A stretch of DNA of 64,000 nt from Callorhinchus milii (lineage: Eukaryota), in contig NW_024704769.1 in NCBI RefSeq assembly GCF_018977255.1, positions 4,340,001-4,404,000 of the forward strand. Direction: 5' to 3'. The notes under the pieces were generated by a model. It was not told the DNA's origin. It ran no database searches and was given only the letters and a program-made list of their open reading frames with translations. Below are positions 37,701-61,200 of the stretch, one piece after another (within the stretch, counting starts at the first letter, position 1; every line of letters starts with the position of its first letter). The position numbers were made by a program, and so were the translations under genes.

Positions 37701-40700
37701 ATGGCGGCGCTGAAGCGGGAGCGGGAAGAAGCGGAGGCCGAGGAGGAGTCGCCAGGTACCGGGTCCCGGGGCTCCGTGAGGGGGAGGCGGGTCCGGGAGA
37801 GGCTGTGGGTGGGGGGAGGTATTATACCCCCGGGAGGGCGGGGGGGGGGGTGTTCTAGAAGCGTCTGTGGCTGTGTGTTGGGGGTGGAAGGTTCTGGAAG
37901 AGTCTGTGTGTGTGGGGGGTGGGGGGGGGTCGGTGGGTGGTGGGGGTGGGGGGTGAGGTGTGGGGGCGCAGGGGTGAGGTGTGGGGGGGTTAGGGGGTGA
38001 GGGGGGGGTGAGGTGTGGGGGGGTTAGGGGGTGAGGGGGGTGAGGGGGGGTGAGGTGTGGGGGGGCAGGGGTGAGGGGGGTGAGGTGGGGGGGGTTAGGG
38101 GGGGGGTGAGGTGTGGGGGGGTTAGGGGGTGAGGGGGGGTGAGGTGTGGGGGGTTAGGGGGTGAGGGGGGGTTGGGGGGTGAGGGGGGTGGGTGTGGGGG
38201 GCCAGGGGGTGAGGGGGGGTGTCAGTCGGTCGGTGGGTGGGGGGGTGAGGTGTTTCTATGGGGCTATATGGTGTCGGGTAGAATGGATGTGGGGGGTTGT
38301 AGAGGAGGACGTACAGACAGACTGAGGGGGTGGGGGGGGTTCGGGGGGTTTGTCTCTGACTCCCTCTCCTCTCGTTGACAGTGGCCTCGAAGTGCTCACG
38401 GCTTCACAGTGAGTCTGAGGACGATCGAAGCCGACATTGCCCGTACCTGGACACCATCAACAGGTGAGTGAGACGGACGACGACGACAACAGTTCGCACG
38501 TCTCTCGCGCCCTTCGCACACAGCGCTCACGCCAACCTCCTCGCTGCGGGGACGAAGACATGACTGGTTTCTTCTGTCAGATTCTCCAGCAAACGATCCT
38601 CCCATTTGATGGAAACTGTTAAGACGTAGGAGCGAGAGAGAAATGCTTGGCCAAAAGAAGCCCATCCAGTCCGCCTTGCACCCAACTGGCGGTCGCTTGC
38701 ACATAAGTCCCGAACTGGTTCTGGCGTTCTGGGACTTCCAGCGCCTTGCACGTCCTGGTCCTGCTGACCTAAAAGGCGCTGTGGAAAATGTAACGTGTTG
38801 TTGTGAGTTGCTCTTGCCAGGCGCCAAGCTGGAGAAGTTGAGGCCCTGCTAACCGTTATCTGCTTGTGTTGACAGGAGTGTCCTGGACTTTGACTTTGAG
38901 AAGCTGTGCTCGGTCTCCCTCTCCCACATTAATGTCTACGCCTGCCTGGTGTGTGGCAAGTACTTCCAAGGTAAACGTTTCATCCAACCAGCTATCTCCT
39001 TTCCTCCTGAATGCTTTCATGCACGTTGACCCATCTCGCCACGCAAGCGAGGGGACCCGGGTTTGATTCCTGGGCAGGGAGAAACCTTAGCCAAGTTTCC
39101 TTACTCCACACGTAACCTCTGTTTAATTAGCAAGAAGTAGGAACCCGGTTGTCAGTTGATTAGCGGATCACTTTTCCAATGGATGTGACTGTGTTTTTTG
39201 CTCCCCAGGGCGTGGGCTGAAGTCATTCGCTAACATTCACAGTGTCCAGGTGGGACATCACGTCTTCCTGAACTTGCACACACTCAAGTTCTACTGCTTA
39301 CCCGACAACTATGAGATCATTGATTCCTCACTGGAGGACATCACGGTAAGCCACCGCAGTTAGCATTAAACAGTGATAACTCAGCCACAGTACAATACTG
39401 TTAGTATTAAACAGAGATAACACAGCCACAGTACAATACTGTGGAGTCCTGCAGCTCAGTGGTTAGAGCACTCACTTTGCAAGCGAGAGACCTGAGTTCA
39501 ATTCCAGGCAGAGGGCGAAACCTTGGGCAAGTTTCCTTACTCCACACAGAGCCTAATAATAATCCCTCCAAAACCAAAAACAATAATAAATTGGTCATTT
39601 TCAATCTACGACTGTTTGTGGGACATTGCTGTGCGCAATTGGCTGCCGCGTTCGTCCACAAATATACAGTCAATTCACTTTACAGAGTGTTCTGTGAAGC
39701 GCTTTGGGACGTCCTCCCGACGTGAAAAGCGCTATATCAAATGCAAGGATTATTATTATTATTATACTGTTCAGCCCCTTTAACTGTCTCAATCCCTTTG
39801 TCTCGCCACCTCCTTGTCCATCTTCACATCCCACCTGAAGACCTTCCTCTTCAACAGCGCCTACGGTCACCTCCCCTCTCTCCCCGGCTTGCCGTCGTGC
39901 TCCGCCACTATTTTGCACGGAGCAATGTCCCACAAACAGCCATAAAGTGAATGATCGCTGCATCACACACCACAGACTGGTTTAGGTTGATGTGCACAGT
40001 ATAGTATAGGCTGAATGCAGGCAGGCACCACACTACACTGGAGCTGAGAGAGCAGCGATAGTTCAGGCGTGTTTACCTCTCATGTGATAAGGCGCTATAT
40101 CAAATGCAAGGATTATTATCATGAGGTGGTGAGTGTCCTCAGGCTGAGGGCAGTGCTACTGCCTGTGGGCAGTGAGTGTTGTGACTGACCTGAAGCCTCT
40201 CTGTTTCAGTACGTGCTGAAACCCACCTTCACCAAGCTGCACATAGCAAACCTGGACAAGCAGAGCCGACTGTCCAGGGCTTACGATGGCACAACCTACC
40301 TCCCCGGCATCGTCGGCCTCAACAACATCAAAGCCAATGACTATGCTAATGTGGTGCTACAGGTAAAGTCTTGATTCAAATTAAAAAACTCAGCCTAAAC
40401 CAACCCATAAAGTACATGTCGAGTCCTTGCTCTTCGACCCCGCCTTCGGTCACCCTCCTACCCTCACCCCTCCCTGCCCTCCACACTACCCGCTCTCCAC
40501 CCCTCCTGATGCCAACCCCCGGCTCGGGTCCAAATTCCTGAGTGTCCAGCGCCTTGGGAAAGGCCCCCGTGTAAATGTCCTGTTGTTGTTGAGGAGGCGG
40601 AATGCTGGATGGAGGGCAGTTTACAGTGTGAAGGTTCACCTCTGTGTGTTTCAGGCCCTGTCTAACGTGCCTCCGCTGAGGAATTACTTCCTGGAGGAGG

Positions 40701-43700
40701 AGAATTACCGGGAGATCAAGCGGCCGCCGGGGGACATCATGTTCCTGCTGGTGCAGCGCTTCGGGGAGCTGATGAGGAAGCTGCGCAATCCCAGGAACTT
40801 CAAGGCCCACGTCTCCCCCCACGAGATGCTGCAGGCCGTCGTGTTGTGCAGCAAGAAACGCTTCCAGATCACCAAGCAAGGTCTGTAAGAGAGAATGTGT
40901 GTGTGAGAGAGTGTGCGTCTGTGTGCGAGAGTGTGTGTGCGTGTGCAGTGTCTGTGTGAGAGTGTGTGTGTGTGCAGTGTGTCTGTATCTATGTGTCTGT
41001 GAGTGTGAGAGTGTGTTGGTCTGAGAGTGTGTGTGTCACTCTGTCTGTCACTTGTGTGTGTGTGTCACTGTTTCTGTGTGTGCAGTGAACCTGTGTGTCG
41101 CTGTGTCTGTGTTTCTCACACTGTAACGTGTGTCTTTGCCTTCCCAGGTGATGCTGTGGATTTCCTGTCCTGGTTCCTGAATGCGCTGCACATGGCGCTG
41201 GGCGGGAGCAAGAAGAAGAAGAGTAAGTGATGCTTGTGCCCTGCTGTCTTCCTAACAACAACCAACCATTTACACGGCAGCTTTCACAAGGACGTCCCAA
41301 GGCTCTGGAGAGTCAGGGATTTGGACCCGAGCTGGGGGTTGGGATCAGGAGGGGTGGAGGGCAGGGAAGGTGGGGGTAGGAGGGTGATCGAAGAGGAGGG
41401 TTTTGAGAAGGGTCTTGAAGGAGGCGAGGGAGGGGCGAGGCGAAGGGGTTCGACCATGCTTCCTCACCTCCCCCCTCCCCCGGCTGACATGAATCTCCAT
41501 CACTGTTAAGACGCTGCACCAAGTGAAAGGCACCGTGTAAATGTAAGTTGCTGCTGTTGTTGCTGACACTGACTGTCCACATCTCACGATGGACATTTGG
41601 AGAAAGTACCTTATTAGACACGATATCAAATGCAAGGATTATTATTGTAATTATCAATGTGAGCTGTCTCTGGTACTGATGGTGATGGAGCTCAGTGTGT
41701 CGCTGTGTGAGCTTTGCTGATTTTGTCTGTGAGTGGCTCTAACCTTGGAATCTCGTCCTTCGTATCCAGCGATTATCAACGGGGTTTTCCAGGGATCCAT
41801 GCGGATATTTTCCAAAAAGCTGCCTCCTCCTGACCTGGTTAGTGCCCTCTGTTTTGTTCCCTCTCTCTCTCTCTCTCTCTGCCCTTCCTAGAGGGTTTGT
41901 ACCTCGTGTAAATTTCCAAGCCACGCCGAGCATTCTGTCCTTGAGGTGACACATGAAACCCAGTTCCTGTCTCCCTGTTGTAGTTGTCTCATCTGCCTGT
42001 TCGGGAGGATGTTAAAGATCTCCCGCAGCGCTATTCGAAAAGAGAAGGGAGTTTCTCTCTCTCTATCTCTCTCTCCCGTGTCCTGGCCGACAATCCCCCA
42101 GGTAGTAACAACAGCTGTATGTGACACTGCTGTGCGCAATTGGCTGCCATGTTTCGCTCGTCTCCTCACTTCCTCACCTCACACCAGACGCCCGAGGAGA
42201 AGGAACAGTTGCTGGAGACGGAGGAGTTTAAGGAGACGATGACAGAGTCTACGTTTCTGTACCTGACCCTGGACCTGCCCACAGCCCCTCTGTACAAGGA
42301 CGAAAAAGAGCAGCTCATTATCCCCCAAGTGCCGCTGTTCAACATTCTGGCAAAATTCAACGGCATCACCGAAAAGGTAGGAGCCTCCTCTCTGCTCAGT
42401 GTGTGTGTGTGTGTGAGCTCGGCTCAGTGTGTGTCATCCTTGGAAATGTTAGCTGAAGGGAACAGTGGGGATATTCCCTGGATGCAGTGTGTTACTGTGT
42501 GCCTGGGGTTGGGGTACAGTGTGTTACTGTGTGCCTGGGGTTGGGGGGAGTGGCTGTGGAGGCTGACAGGAACTATGCTGTTTGGCCAGGAATACAAAAC
42601 CTACAAGGAGAACTTCCTGAAGAGGTTCCAGTTGACGAAACTGCCTCCGTACCTGATCTTCTACATCAAGCGCTTCACCAAGAACAACTTCTTCGTGGAG
42701 AAGAATCCCACCATCGTCAACTTCCCCATCACGTAAGTGACAACAGACGACACAACATGACATTACACAGAGCCTCCTGTCAGGAGGACGTTCCAAGGCG
42801 CTGGATGTGACTGATTGCAGCTCAGGTTGGGATCCTGAGCTCTGACCCCTGTTCCCAGCTTGTGTTTAATGGGGGGGGGCGCACCTCAATTTAGCCTGGT
42901 TGTCGGTGGTGGTGGGGGGCTGTGTGTGTGTGTCTGTGCTGATGGCTGTGTGCGAGTGTGTGTGTGATGGCTGTGTGTGCGAGAGAGAGAGAGAGAGAGA
43001 GATGTCCCTCAGTGAGCTCTGCTAATGACAGTCTGTGTTACAGGAATGTTGACCTGAGAGAGTACCTGTCAGAGGAAGTCCAGGCGGCTCACAAACACAC
43101 GACCTATGACCTGATCGCCAACGTGGTGCACGATGGGAAACCAGGAGAAGGCGCTTACCGTGTGCATGTGCTTCATCACGTGAGTACAGCCGTGTCTACG
43201 TGTACACCCTCACACAGGATAGCGTGCGAGTACAGCCACAGTGTGTACATGTACAGTCCCCCTCACACAGGGTAGTGTGTAGTGCAGCCACAGTGTGTAC
43301 ATGTCCACAGTCCCCCTCACACCGGGTAGTGTGTAGTACAGCCACAGTGTGTACATGTACAGTTCCCCTCACACCGGGTAGTGTGTAGTACAGCCACAGT
43401 GTGTACATGTACAGTCGCCCTCACACCGGGTGGAATCCCAGAGCGTGTGACAGTGGCGGAACACGACCCTGAGCCAGGGCAACCGTAGGCGCAGTTGAAG
43501 ATAAAGGTTTTCAGGCACTACCTGAAGATGGGGAAGGAGGGGGTCAAAGCGGAGGGATTGGGGGAAGGATCCCAAACTTCTGGGCATAGTGACTGAAAAC
43601 ACGATTATTTATTTAGAGACAAAAATAGAGAAATTATTTAGCGAGAAAGAGCTGATAGAGGGACAGTTGTTATAGCAGGAGAGGAGGTACAGCACAGAAT

Positions 43701-44441
43701 CGGTGTCTGTGTTAGTCGATAGCCTGTGCTAACCCTGAGCTGATCTGTCACAGGGCACAGGGAAGTGGTACGAGCTCCAGGATCTGCAGGTGATCGACAT
43801 CTTACCCCAGATGATCACACTGTCCGAGGCCTACATCCAGGTAAGTGATTAACACCGTAGCCTTTCTGCTGCTGTGTGTAGCGTCCTGTACCTCAGTGGT
43901 TAAAGCGCTCGCCTCGCAAACAACAGGACCTGGGTTCGATTCCCGGGCAGAGCGAAACCTGAGACAAGTTTCCTTACTCCACACACTCTCCGCTGTTTAT
44001 CTAGCAATAAGTAACCCTAACCCTGTTGTTAGACGATTGGTGAATCGCTTTCTGGGGGTAATAATCCCTTCAAAAAAATAATAATAATAATTTGGTCACT
44101 CAATCCACGCCTCCGGGACACTGCTGTGCACCGTTTGGTGCCATTTTTCGGCCACAAAACACCCAGTCACTACAATTTACAGTATATTCTGTGAAGTGTG
44201 TTGAGATGTCTCAACGGCGTGACAAGGCGCTGTATCAAACGCAAGGATTATTGTTGTTATAGAGCTTAACACGCGGAGGCCTATTTCGTTGGTAAAATCT
44301 GTGTAAATGTGGGTGTGCGAGTGGGTGGCTGATTATTTTAAGTCAAACGTGACATGAAAGAGCTTAACGTGTGGTTATTAACAGATCTGGAAGAGACGTG
44401 AGGACAGTGATGAGGGGCAGCCTCGTGAAAAAGGAGCCTGA
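37701..44441 (+). CDS. USP39: U4/U6.U5 tri-snRNP-associated protein 2 (Sad1, inactive USP), 13 exons, 500 aa
   Basis: Exons: 37701-37755, 38382-38463, 38876-38970, 39209-39345, 40210-40362, 40655-40880, 41148-41222, 41770-41837, 42188-42376, 42590-42732, 43044-43179, 43754-43840, 44385-44441, total 1503 nt. Contains ZnF-UBP (CPYLDTINRSVLDFDFEKLC..YACLVCGKYFQG), GLNNIKANDY (Asp in place of the catalytic Cys) and KRFTKNNFFVEKNPTIVNFP. Confidence 0.96.
37950..38220. repeat. G-rich repeat in USP39 intron 1
   Basis: GGGGTGAGGTGTGGGGGGGTTA units. Confidence 0.85.
39440..39765 (+). mobile_element. tRNA-SINE short subfamily, USP39 intron 4
   Basis: Complete head, diagnostic CACACAGAGCCTAATAATAATCCCTCC junction, (ATT)n tail. 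Confidence 0.85.
43180..43432. repeat. Approx. 55-bp tandem repeat, USP39 intron 11
   Basis: GTAGTGTGTAGTACAGCCACAGTGTGTACATGTACAGTCCCCTCACACCGG units starting at the exon 11 donor. Confidence 0.85.
43880..44260 (+). mobile_element. Same tRNA-SINE family, USP39 intron 12
   Basis: GTCCTGTACCTCAGTGGTTAAAGCGCTCGCCTCGCAA..GGGTTCGATTCCC head through tail. Confidence 0.85.
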
Positions 44442-45990
44442 GCAGCACACGCCCCTTCAGCTCCGAGACCCCACACACGGAGACCCTCAGACTGACTGTA
44501 TATAAACTCTCTCAGAGGGGGCTGGCAAGCTGGAACAGAGGGAGGCGTTGGTCCCACAAGACACAGGCATGTACTCCTGGCACTATCAACTCCTCAACAC
44601 GCTACATATATCTACGTGACCCCCTTCTACCGTAACCATCGATAGCTGCAGTGTAGAGAGAGCTGGAATTCTCTCATTCTCCAGATCAAACCTCCACTGG
44701 TTTTGTCCTCTCTCTCCCGTCAATGGCAAGTTATGTGGTTAGAATCCAGCAGTTTCCCCACTGAACCCCAAGCCTTGGCTCTCGCCAACCTGCGCCTAAT
44801 ACTCTCCAGAATTAGGTAAGTAGGATGCGTCCCTCCAGGGAGAGAGAGGGGGAGAGTGTCCCATTCCAACAATCTATCTCTGGGACTTCCATGTGTAGGT
44901 GAGATGTGGGGAATTCTCCGCTTGCTGTGGAGACTCTTAATCATGGTGACGGGTTTGTGTGTGTGTCAGACTGGGCAAGAAACCAAATGCTGCCTGTGTT
45001 TGACTGCTGCCAGGACAGGGAGTGGCTGGTTAGCCCAAGCCGGGGAGCACAGTGATGGAGGATGTTTGTGTCTGTGTTATACAGTTATACTGTGCCAGGG
45101 CCCATGTTTACCTTGTGGATGATTTCTCCACCAGTGGGAAAATTAAAGACATTGCGAGATATGTTCCGAAACGTAGCTTTAAAAAAATTGTTGTTTTCAT
45201 ACAAAAAGTGTATTGTTTTCAGGCTGTTCCAAAGAGATCTCTTGTCCAGTTCATGATCTCTTGTCCGTGTTTGGGAATGAATTCCTGAGCAGTGCAAAAC
45301 CTTAGGCAAGTTTCCTGACTCCACACGGACACACACACTTCTATTTACCCAGAAATAAGTAGGAACCCAGTAGTTAGTCGATTGGCGGATGGCTTTGTAG
45401 CGTCTGAACAATGTAGTAAGGCGCTGTGTGAACTGCGAGGATTAATATTATAATTAAATCATTGTTAGAAAGAGTTAGAAAATCTGAGAGAACGAGGTGC
45501 GCGGCAAATCGAAACCAACTCTGGGAATCCATTAAATGGTTTTGTTTTATATAAAGCTTCATTTGGTCAAACAAAATTGGCTGATACGAAAATACTTTTG
45601 CACGTCAGCTGCTGCTTTTAACACTGATCATCGTATGGGGGGGAGGGGGCTGACACACCTTTCTCTCCAATATGTCCTGCAAAGCTGAGATTCCAGCCTG
45701 TTGAGAACAGCCAAATAAAAGCGTGGGGAGGGGGAGAGAGGAGGTGAGGAGGGGTGGGGGGAGAGTATGTTGCTGGTGGTGGGTTGTGAGCACAGTGTTG
45801 GGAGGGGAGAAGGGAAGCGAGGTGGGGGGGTGGGGCGGGAAGAGAAAAAGAGAGAATGTAGTGTGTGTTGGTGCTGGAATAGACACAGCACAGACTGGAA
45901 TGTAATTGACTTGGAAAGAGTCTGAGGTCTTAAGTGTGTTACCATCGGTTGCTGAGGCCCGGCTCGGGGTGGTGGGTGGGGGGGGGGTGG

Positions 45991-56694
<10,704 letters not shown>

Positions 56695-58212
56695 GTCCTC
56701 GGCTTCCAGTCAGTTTCGGGCTCTGTCTCCCACGTCCTCAGCGCCTCTCTCTCTCTCTCTCTCACTCACTCACTCACTGCCGCAAACTGTGACTCGGGAT
56801 CTCTGGCCACTGCCTCACTGCCGCAAACCAGGTCCGCCTGTCGTAAACACCTCCCCCTCTCCCCCCCCCACACCCCCCCCCCCCCACCAGCTGCTGCTTC
56901 ACATGGGTTCAAAAACACTCAAAAAATAATAATATAATAACAATCCTCGTATTTGATAGAGCGCTATTCACGTCTTCTCAACGTCCCAAAGCGCTTCACA
57001 GAACACACTGTGAAGTGAAGTGACTGTATATTTGTGGGCGAACGCGGCGGCCGATGGCGCACAGCGATGTCCCACAGACAGTCGTGGGTTGAAAATGACC
57101 AATTTATTATTGTTTTGGGGTTTGGAGGGATTACGGAGGGAAACCCCTGAAAACAGAAAAACCTCTTCAAATCCCCCGACTTTTCGCACTTTTCGTGCCC
57201 CAAACCGTCTTCGCCCGCAGAACGCACAGTCACTGCACTTTCCGCGGCGTCGCGACGCGGGATTTCGCCGTCAAGCGTAGTGACTGTGTGTTTGCGGGCG
57301 AACCCCGCCCCCCCACCCTCCCCACCCGGGCGGCCGGTTTACACCAGCGACGTCCCAGATATACCCCCCCACCCCTTCCCCCTCCCGGGAAAAGAGAAGG
57401 GAGTTTCTCCCTCTCTCTCTCTCGCTCTCTTTCTCTCTCTCTCCCCCGGTGTCCTGTCCGACAATGGCCCCCCCCAAATAAAATCGCTCGCTCGCTCCAC
57501 GGCGTCGTCCGCCGGGACGTCGCCTGCGAAAACACACAGTCACTACACCCTACACGGCGAGAGGACCCGGGTTCGATTCCCCGGGTGGCTCGGGGCCAAA
57601 CCTCGGGCCAGTCTCCTTACTCCTCGCACCCAGGCACGGCTCTTGTTTACCGGCAGCAAGTGGGAGCTCGGTTGTTAAGTCGATTGGCCGATCGCTTTCT
57701 ATGCAAAATAAGCCCTTGAAATAGTAAAAAAAAACAACTCGGTCGTCAATCCACGACTTTGTGGGGACGTCGCTGTGCGTGCCATTGGTCACTACAGTCA
57801 CTACACTTTGCAACATACCCTGTGAAGCGCTTTGAGACGTCTCAACAACGTGATAATGCGCCGGGTCAGATTGTTGTTGTTATTATTATCGTTGAGAGCG
57901 TGGACTTCTGGACGAGTGTGCGGGTGAGTGAGTCAGTGAGTGACGGAATGAGTGAGTGAGTGAGAGAGAGGGAGGGAGAGAGAGAGAGAGAGCGGGGCAG
58001 AGAGAGGGTTAACAGCAGTTACAGGACTGTGATAACCTTCAGCTCTGGACAAAACCAGGAAGTGCCGTGAAAAGAGTGAGGATAGCAAAGTTTTAGCAGG
58101 AAGTTTGTGTGCGAGTGACTGAGAGACGAGACGAGAGGAGAAGGCAGAGCGGAGCGGAGCGGAGGCTGATCATTGGGACCTCGAGACAAACTGAGCATCA
58201 ACACCGAGATTG
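56695..58212. promoter_or_regulatory. Divergent promoter region GGCX/VAMP8
   Basis: Start codons 1.5 kb apart. ETS-type CAGGAAGT motifs at about 58057 and 58097. The spacer is filled with CpG-rich SINE copies. Confidence 0.55.
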
Positions 58213-61200
58213 ATGGCAGCCACGGGCACAGGAGTAAGTCAACCCTGACTCTACCGTCTGCACTGTAGCCGCTCAGACCCTCACTCCCTCGCTCGCTGGG
58301 GGCAGAGACACAGGCCTTCAACTTCACTCGCTCACTCACTCACAAACTTTCTTTCTCTCTCTCTCTCTCTCTCTGTCTTTCTTGCTTTCTCTCACTCTCT
58401 CTCTCTCGCCCGCTCTTCCTTTCTCTCTCTCTCTCGTTTTTCTTTCTCTCTTTGTCTTCCTTTATCTTTCTGTCTCCCCTCTCTCCCCACCACCCCGTCT
58501 CTCTCTTTCTCTCTCCCCGCACCCCCCACCCCCGTCTCTCTCTCTCCCCCATTCTCTCCCCTTCTCTCTCTCTATTCCCTGTATGAGCCTCTCTGCCCAG
58601 AGCCTGGTACCTCTCTCAGTATCTCAGTCCGCTCCCTCGCTGGTAATTAGACATTCAGCCTTTTTCCAACACTCAATGAAGACCAACTTCCTGTTGTTTA
58701 TCAGGAGGAAGTTGCTAATATTTATTGCTAAAACCGTTTGTCCCCATTTCCCGGTCCCCCCGGGGCTCAGATAGTGAAATGCGGTGCTCGTATTAGAGGA
58801 CGTGTCAAAGCGCTTCACAGGATTCACTGTAAAGTGTGGGTTTTGTGGGCAAAATGAGCGGCCAATTTGCGCCCAGCGACGTCCTCCCCAAAACAGCAGC
58901 CAGAGCCTCAGTGAGCTCAGGGTCCCCAACATTGCGAGATGGGGGGGGGGGGGCTTGAACCCACAACCTCGGAGGATAGAGAGCAAGTGACTGAGTCGGG
59001 CGTTCGACAGTAAAGTGGAGTGACTGTGTGTTTTTTCGGCGAGCGGTTTGCACTCAGCGACGTATCTGCGCTCGTTTCCTGTACAGTAAAGTCTGTGTTA
59101 ATGTGAGTGTGAAAGTCAGTCAGTGAAGTGTTAGTTTGTTAGTTACCAGTGAGTTATTGGTGCGGAAATCAGTCGCGATGCGGGCAACTCCTTGACCCAC
59201 ACCCGCCATCAATCTCTCTCTCTCTCTCTCTCTGACACGCACTTATTTCAGTCACTCAGTAATCTCTGGCATTTCCGGCTCACAAACAATTTTCAGGTGA
59301 CTTTTGAGAACAACAATTTACACAGCGGTTTTCACATCACGTCACAGGGATGTCTCAAAACCCTTGTCATTGCTGACCGACTGACCCGACTGACCGGGAA
59401 CCCTAGCTCGAGTGGGAGGAGGGGGCAAGATGGGTGAAAACAATCACACAGTCACTACACTTTGCAGTGAAATCCCACAAAGCACTTTGAGACGCCTCGA
59501 TGACGTGATGAGGCACTGAGTCAGTATTGTGAAATACCTTGTCAATCGCTTCAGAAGTTCATCAGTATATCTAGGAGCAATTTATAGTCTGTGTGGGTGT
59601 GTTCTGTGCAGTCCTGTAGCTCAGTGGTTAGAGCTCTCGCCTCGCATGCCAAAGGACCCGGGTTCGATTCCCAGGCAGGTCAGATCAGGGCGAAACCTTA
59701 GGCAAGTTTCCTTACTCCACACACACACACGTACCTGCCTCTGTTTACCAGCAATCAGTAGGAACCCGGTTGTTAAGTTGATCACGTTTCCTGGGGTAAT
59801 AAACCCTTAAAAAAAGAATGTAAAAAATAATAATTTGGTCACGACCGTTCATATGGGACACTGCTGCGTGCAACTGGCTTCACACAGACTCTCACACACA
59901 CACCCACACTGACTCTCACACACACACACTATCACACACCCACACACAGACTACCTCACACACAGTCACAGACAGAGCAGGGCTGAACCTTAAGTCATTC
60001 CACAGTCGGTTGCTGCACACTGAACCCTCTGGCTGTTTAGTGACTGCAACAAAGGCTGTTTGTAACTGACTCTCAGGATTATCAACATCACTTAATTACT
60101 GCTCTCCACAAAGTGAAGCCATTGTTACTCTCCCTCCCTCCCAGGCTTCGATGTGTCAAGCATTCGGTGCAGCGCCTTTCGCATCGGGAGGAGACGTCTC
60201 AAAGCCTTCACAGGATTTCACTGTAAAGTGTAGTGACTGTGAGGTTTGCGGGCAGTCAATTTGGCTCATAGCGACGTCCCCGCAAATGAGCAAGTGATTT
60301 AATCTGGGATTGTCGGCCAGGACACCGGGGGGAGAGAGAGAGAGAGAGAATCTACCTTCTCTTTCCCCCTGACAGCCCCGCGGGGGGAGATCTTTAACAC
60401 CCGCCCGAGAGGAACACAGATGGGGAGTGAGTGAGGGTTAACGTCTCCTCCGAAGGACGGAGTCTCCAACAATGCAGCTCTCTCTCTCCCCCCCCAGCGC
60501 TCTCTCTCTCTCCCTCACGCGTGTGTATGTGGGTTGGGGGGGGTGGGAAGAGAGGCCTCGAAATTATGATGTCCTGACTCGGAGGCGAGAGAGTGAGTGA
60601 CTGAGCCGGGCTGGTATTGATTGCTGACTCGGCCCAGGTTACAATCACTTGGTTTTGCATCTCATCGACTGCCTGTCGTTTGCCATTTAAATCCTTTGCA
60701 AAAGACCTCAACCTGTGAATGAGCCGTAGCTGATCCGAGCCGAACAAGCAGCGGGAAAGCTTGACCAGACAGCGCTCTCTCTCTCTCTCGATGGCCAAGC
60801 TGTGTGTGGGTTTAGCTGGTTAGATTCCAGCAGTTACCCCAACGCACACTCTGGGTTCCCCCCCACCCCACCCACTTGCCATCCGACTCCTAATACTTTC
60901 CGGAATTAGGTGAGCAGGGGGCGTCCCTCCAGGGAGAGAGAGAGAGAGAGTGGGGGGTGGGGGGCGGGGAGAGAGAGCGCATTCCAGTACAACAATCTAT
61001 CTCTGGGTTTCCGTGTGTGGGGGGTGGATGTGGGGAATTCTCAGTCGGGTTTGGAGACTCTTAAGCAATGGTGACGGGTTTCCGCGTGTGTCAGACGCCC
61101 GGCTGCCAAAACAAATCCAGTCCCATTATCTCTGTCACTGTCGCTGCCCAGTCAGGGGAGTGAGGTTTAACGTCTCGGAGACGGATCGGAAGTGCGAAGG

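Noticed and set aside
43180-43432. Regularly spaced repeats resembling a CRISPR array
   Set aside because: Eukaryotic intron; contiguous tandem units without unique spacers
59611-59682. tRNA-Ala(CGC)-like cloverleaf with A and B boxes
   Set aside because: It runs straight into the SINE body and has imperfect stems; it is a SINE head like many others in the window
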